A DNA stretch of 64,000 nucleotides. Source: Eledone cirrhosa. Lineage: Eukaryota. Made by a program: the position numbers and the translations under genes. The stretch is from assembly GCA_964016885.1 (NCBI GenBank), contig OZ024743.1:55118001-55182000 (forward strand). The letters run 5' to 3'. The notes beneath the pieces were generated by a model. The model was not told the origin of the DNA. It was given only the letters and a program-made list of their open reading frames with translations, and did no database searches. Shown here piece after piece: positions 58,276-64,000 of the stretch (its first letter is position 1; each line of letters starts with the position of its first letter).

Positions 58276-59508
58276 CACACTCATATATATTCATATAAAC
58301 ACGAGAACATCAAAACCAATGCGCACATACACATGTACATATGCAGGTACGCGCGCATACACTCACTCAGATACATATACACACACAAACACTAGCTCAT
58401 GCACATGCTAGTGCACACATGACATGGACATCCGTCGGTTTCGACGACGAATGTCACGTTGTTTGATCCACGGAACAATCTGCTCGTGAAATTCACTCTT
58501 AAGTCGGTGAGCATTTCACAGACACGTGAACATTTAATGTAATTCTTAGGAAGATCCAGCGTGACACTGTGTGACATGACTGATCCTTCGAATTACAGGC
58601 ACAGTCCGTCACTCGGGCTTCCAAACAATATGGGCCTACTATCGGAGCCAATTAATACGGGGTGGGGTGGAATAAGCGCAGGGGTGGTGGAATATGCGTG
58701 TGGGAGGAAATCGGTAATTTTTCTAGGTTGTCTCCGTTGCTTCTTTTAAAAACCAGAATTAATCGTTTAGTTTACATATTGAGACTCAACCCATCCTTTT
58801 TATTTTATAACGAATGGCATTTCTAGTAATGTACTTTTTTGTTGTGTTTAATTATTTTTTAATGTCTAAAGAAAATTAATTGCTACCACAAAAAATAAAA
58901 TTTCGCCGGGAATAGACTAGCAAAATTTAATAAGCAGGGGGTGGGAAATAATCTGAAAAATTAATAAGCGTGGCGGGGAGGATTATTCGAGACACGAGAA
59001 AATATTTAATTTCACTCACAATGGTTGGTTTGACTCGGGGCTAGGGTAAATGATGATTCCCCCAGATGCTACACAGCTTGATCAAACACGGAATCGAACG
59101 TTTGCGAAGCGGATTCTGAACCGTTCGGCCATGTTGTGTCCACAGCATTCACTGCAACATGGTTAAATTCCTACATGGATACATACGCACAGACACATTT
59201 ACAGATGTACTCGCCACAAACATAGACACAAATACACACATATATACACATATATTTTTCATCGGTGTTAACCAGCTGAGAGTACAAGACTCCCTCTCTG
59301 ACCATCACCTTAGTCCAACACATGGTTAACCCCCAGCTATTACTAGTACTCATTTTAAACTGTGTATACTGGAGCAACGGAAAATGAAGTGCTATGCTCA
59401 AGCACACAACACACAAGCCAATCAAGGAATCGAACCCACCACATTAGGAAAGTAAGTCCATCATCCTTGGAGATGCGCCTTCGCGCAAACACACGCATGC
59501 ACACACGC

Positions 59509-59592
<84 letters not shown>

Positions 59593-59789
59593 TCATCCTC
59601 ACTATATTAATATGAATGAGTTTGAAATAATATATTTATGCTTAGCAGCAATTTAAATTTAATCCACTAACTGGGTCTTTTTCTCAATACTACTGCTCTT
59701 CTATGATAAAATAGAGAAAAATAAACCAAGAGAATTTTGTGTTATATATTAATACGTATATAAATAAATAAATATAGATATATATATGT

Positions 59790-59887
<98 letters not shown>

Positions 59888-60240
59888 TATTAATAAATAG
59901 AAACTATCTTTATAAAACCATATTCATTTTATTACATATATTTCAAAGGTACCAGTATTTTGGTACGCTATTGTCAGATGAAATACAATAATTCGTTTAC
60001 AGATAATGACATATGTACATATGAACTTAATGTTATGAGTTCTATGTAAATAGTGAATAAAACTTCGAAACTCAACGTTAAAACTGAAAAAGACTGTTAT
60101 GTTTAGACGCTAGGTATATTTAAATAATTATCAGAATTATTTAAAAAAAAAAAAAGAAAAGAGAGGTTTGCTATTAAAGTTAAAGGAAGAATTTAAGAAA
60201 AGATTTTAAGAAAAAAAGATTTGTTTATATATATATATAT

Positions 60241-61440
60241 ACATTATGAAGAGAGAAGAAAGATTTAGATATAATTAGTTATAAAATGTATCATACCTAA
60301 ACTGCTCCTAGATTCCTCGACTACGTAGTTTCGTGGCATAAACAAAAACAATACATCATAAAGATATAGAGTCCTTGCGAGGTCTGCCGACTTATCAAGA
60401 GGATACCTCATTTTACTAGCTTCAAGAAGGCGTCTACACGACGTGAGAAAGTGAGAAAGAATCCCAAAAGGCGGAGGGGGAGATAGTCACGCGATATAAC
60501 GGTCGAGAAACAGAGCTAAGCCTCCTATAACCCCGAAGAAAATACCACGGAGGCGGAGGGGGTATTTATATCGAAGCCGTAGAAGAGGTGGTGAAGGAGG
60601 CGAGAAGTATGAGTAATGGCAGCTTTCCAGCAGTCACCACACTTCAAAGATTACTCGACCAGAGGGAGTTATGAACAATATATTTAGAAACACACAGATA
60701 CATGCGGACACACACATATACATATATATATATATATATATAAATCAATATATATGATGAAACACATATGATGAAACACATATGATGAAACACATATGAT
60801 GAAACACATAGACAACAAGACCTGCTCGGGTGGTACGTTATTGATAGAACTATCTAAATTAGTGGTAAGTAACGAGCAGTAGCTGTCCCTAATTTTCTTA
60901 TTATTAGTGCTAGCAAGATGTGAACTAGTGTTAGGGGTAGTAGAGAAGGAGAGTTTAATGACGTTCTTATTGAAGATACTATGATATTTATTAGCAGGAG
61001 GGAAATTTTTCTCTAAAATAGAAAAGAAAGACGTAGGGATATTAGTTAGTACATCATAATTATAAGGTGGGTTAAAGTAGGTATTAGGCCTTCTCCTATT
61101 CTTACCTTTACTATTTCTAACACGTATTTTATCTACAGGATCCGGGTTTATGTGAGGATCAATTGAATTAACACTAGTAGAAGCCGCTATACCATTACCA
61201 CTGGGTGTACGTTCAGAACGTATATCCTGTTCATTAAAACTAAGCTGAAAATGTGTACCATTAGGCACACTATTATAATTACTATTGCGGTTGTTATACG
61301 TAGGGTGCGGTTTGGATTTATCTATAAAATTTCTATAATTCCTATGTTTTCTACCCCCATTAAAGGCCATATTGTGGGATATCACGTTACTATGGGTAAT
61401 TGGAGTCGTTTCAGGGTTGTCATCTTTATAATGTAGTCTA
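60241..61440 (-). mobile_element. Internally deleted Penelope-like element: RT-thumb/linker ORF joined to a pLTR with HHR (60314-60403)
   Basis: ORF 60684-61385 has RRRPNTYFNPPYNYDVLTNIPTSFFSILEKNFPPANKYHSIFNKNVIKLSFSTTPN...NNKKI; pLTR matches ~750-1217. Confidence 0.82.
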
Positions 61441-61664
61441 CCAGAGTAACCAGAGTTAGCTAGGGCATTATAATTATCTCTTGCCCTATATCTCTTGCCC
61501 CATAGTTAGCTAGGGCATTATAATTATCTCTTGCCCTATAGTCTTTATTTACAAATGCACCCTATTAGGTTTAACATGTCTTTCCATGATAATTTTCCTA
61601 AATTTTCATAAATATCCATTCGCTGTTCTTCGGAGTTTTGGCTTGTTCTCTTGTCTTTTTCCTT

Positions 61665-61705
61665 GCTCTGATGAGTCCTAATTAATGGGACGAAACATTG
61701 TCAGC
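61665..61705 (+). ncRNA. Minimal type I hammerhead ribozyme
   Basis: GCT-CTGATGA-GTCC-TAATTAATG-GGAC-GAAAC-ATT-GTC-AGC, followed by AATAAA; canonical core. Confidence 0.85.
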
Positions 61706-62265
61706 TAATAAAGACTTTTGATGTATTAAAGACTTCTTTGTTAATTTTATATAATTTTTCGGCTCTGTTGCAAAAGGAATAAAGTTAGCTAGAATGAAAT
61801 ATACAATACTAGGTGTTTACTGAAGAGAGCGGGACATGATATCCTTACACTTATTTATCCCGAAACATATTTGGATTTTAAAGTTTAAACTTATCCACGG
61901 AACAGGTTTGATTTTGAAATTTAAATTTGTCTAAACACCATGGCCATTTGCCAATACTGTTTGTTTGTGTTGATTTATTATTTTAAATCGATGTAGGCAG
62001 GCTGTTATATCATAATTGTATATTTCATTCTAGCTAACTTTATTCCTTTTGCAATATAAACTAAGATATGTTTGTATCTGTGTTTCATCATATATATTGA
62101 TTTATATTTATTACACGGCTCAGAAATATTCTTTTCTTGGAGCTATTTTCATTGTAAAGGAATGCTTGAGATTTGAACTCAATACACTTAATATATATAT
62201 ATTCAAAATATTAACAAAATATTAATTCAAAATATTAACAAAATAGATATTCTTGTGATCAATTA

Positions 62266-62332
62266 TATTTTATTATACATATTTCAGAGGTACTGAGTTA
62301 AGTTCAACAGTACGTCCTCATCAGATAAAATA
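62266..62332 (-). ncRNA. Type I hammerhead motif (H2-related)
   Basis: Minus strand: TATTTTAT-CTGATGA-GGACGTACTG...CAGTACCTCT-GAAA-TATGTA-TA-ATAAAATA; perfect 8-bp stem I. Confidence 0.8.
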
Positions 62333-62784
62333 AGATGATGCATGACATATCCTGACATAGTAGATGGTTAAGATTCAATCATGGTAGTGATTAACATATG
62401 AAAAAAAACTCAATATTTATACTTTAATATTGAGAACATGAGAAAAATATATAATACAAACAATAGAGAGGGTGAGTGTAATACAGCTTAAACAATACAT
62501 GGCATCAATATAACAGTTAACAATTTTTTTTTTTAATCTGCTGAAGAAAGAGGAAAGAAAGGAAAGTATAGAGGAAGAAACAGGTGATGTGATAATATAT
62601 TTGGTAGGTGGCTCGAAAAACAGATGAAAGATGATTAAAGAGAGAGAGACAAAGGGGAATAATTTATGTTGAAGTTTATAGACAATTACCCATATATGCA
62701 ATATATATCCAAATTTATTTAGTTGGCCGTTAATATATTGTAAAACTCATTCTTTGATATATTCATTGAACCTTGTTTAACTTT

Positions 62785-62841
<57 letters not shown>

Positions 62842-62844
<3 letters not shown>

Positions 62845-62929
62845 AAAATAGTCAAGACCCCGACGGCTGAGCTCCGACCGTTTCGACAGCGTTATGGTCC
62901 ACCTGGTTTCTTAACATACTTTCTTTGTT
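62842..62929. mobile_element. Deleted family H1 element, opposite orientation
   Basis: GACCCCGACGGCTGAGCTC...GTTTCGACAG joined to CGTTATGGTCCACCTGGTTTC. Confidence 0.7.
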
Positions 62930-62948
62930 ATATACATATATATATATA

Positions 62949-63150
62949 TCTAAAACAGTGAATGTATGTATGTCTGTCTGTCTGTCTGACTCCCTAAAAC
63001 TCGAGAACCACCCAACCATTGTTTTCAAACTTTACACATGTAATACTTATGGTCTTGTGAGTGTTTTGAGAAAAAATATTTCAAATTGTCAATGCCCTAG
63101 GGACCCTAGGGACGCATTAGGCGATTTAGGGATCTCTCTCTATAATTCTT
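62949..63150 (+). mobile_element. Helitron-like 5' fragment
   Basis: (GTCT)n then CCCTAAAACTCGAGAA...CCCAACC...AAACTTTACA, as in 6180-6230. Confidence 0.6.
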
Positions 63151-63614
63151 AGTCTTTCGTTTTAGATAGATACATAGATATAACGTCGCGCCCTTATAAT
63201 ATCTGTCTGTATGTCTGGCTGTCTGCATTACGACATTATGACGCTGTGTGTGTGTGTATATATATGTATATATAGTGTGTGTGTATATATATATATATAG
63301 TGTGTAACGTTTTTCGAAATATTTACTTCTGCGTTCACAAATTGATTTTTTTAGTTTCAGAAGATCCCGTTAAGGGTGAAAGCAGCTATTCTTTGCTTAA
63401 AATTTAATCTGTTATTTTAATATATAAATATTTATATATATATATATATTCGTGTACAAATATTTTTGCATACACAATAACAAAATATAAACAAACGTAT
63501 TTATTTCACGAGGTTCGATAAGGATAAATATATATCAAATATATAAGAATCCTAGAGCAAATCCCGAGCAACGAAAAAAAAAATGTATTAATATTATTGA
63601 TATATATATATATA

Positions 63615-64000
63615 TCCCTAATCAACAATGGATTCCAACGTGCCCTAAAACTAGACATCCAGGAACTCAGACACCCGAAACCCAGGAATGAACCGCAACA
63701 GAAAACTCTACCATATATCTCCACACACAACCTCCCCAACAATGAGGCATTCGATACCATCCTCCAGAACTAAAAAGAGACCCAAGAATGAACAAAATCC
63801 TCCAAACACACAACATCATAAAGAGCAAAAGACAACCTAAATCCATAAAAAACATCCTCACACAAGCCAAAATCCAACAAACCCTCACAATGAACCCTAC
63901 AGTAACAAAATGCGGAAGGCCCAACTGTGGCATATGCATAAATCTAATAGAAGGTTCAACATTCCATTTTAAACAAGGACAACATTTCACAGTTAAACAC
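63615..64000 (+). mobile_element. Penelope-like (Neptune-type) element fragment: thumb/linker with Cys knuckle, running off the window
   Basis: LPYISTHN...MNKILQTHNIIKSKRQPKSIKNILTQAK...TKCGRPNCGIC...F.VK; Cx4Cx2C linker usually upstream of GIY-YIG. Confidence 0.75.

Overview
AT-rich, microsatellite-dense eukaryotic DNA, most likely intronic or intergenic. The tRNA/CORE-type SINE set and repeat landscape resemble an octopus/cephalopod genome (inference from recalled repeats, no search run). I cannot support any host protein-coding gene; almost all ORFs in the track are translations of (TA)n, (CA)n, (CT)n, (TACA)n or (CAC)n repeats. The window holds decayed RTE, CR1/L2-like and CRE-like LINE pieces, many SINEs, non-autonomous Helitron-like elements, TA-flanked MITEs and several Penelope-like element (PLE) remnants (GIY-YIG and linker fragments). 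The most striking signal is more than 15 type-I hammerhead ribozyme (HHR) motifs from several distinct families, some with a U3-A8 core variant. Many lie in short (TA)n-embedded fold-back elements made of a long arm and a shorter inverted arm. In one family the palindrome axis falls in the putative HHR stem II loop in three copies, and copy-specific variants are mirrored in both arms, suggesting ribozyme-structure-guided fold-back during integration. Two RTE-like LINEs show twin-priming-type inversions, and there is an apparently perfect ~635-bp inverted duplication. All alignments and folds were done by eye, so coordinates are approximate.
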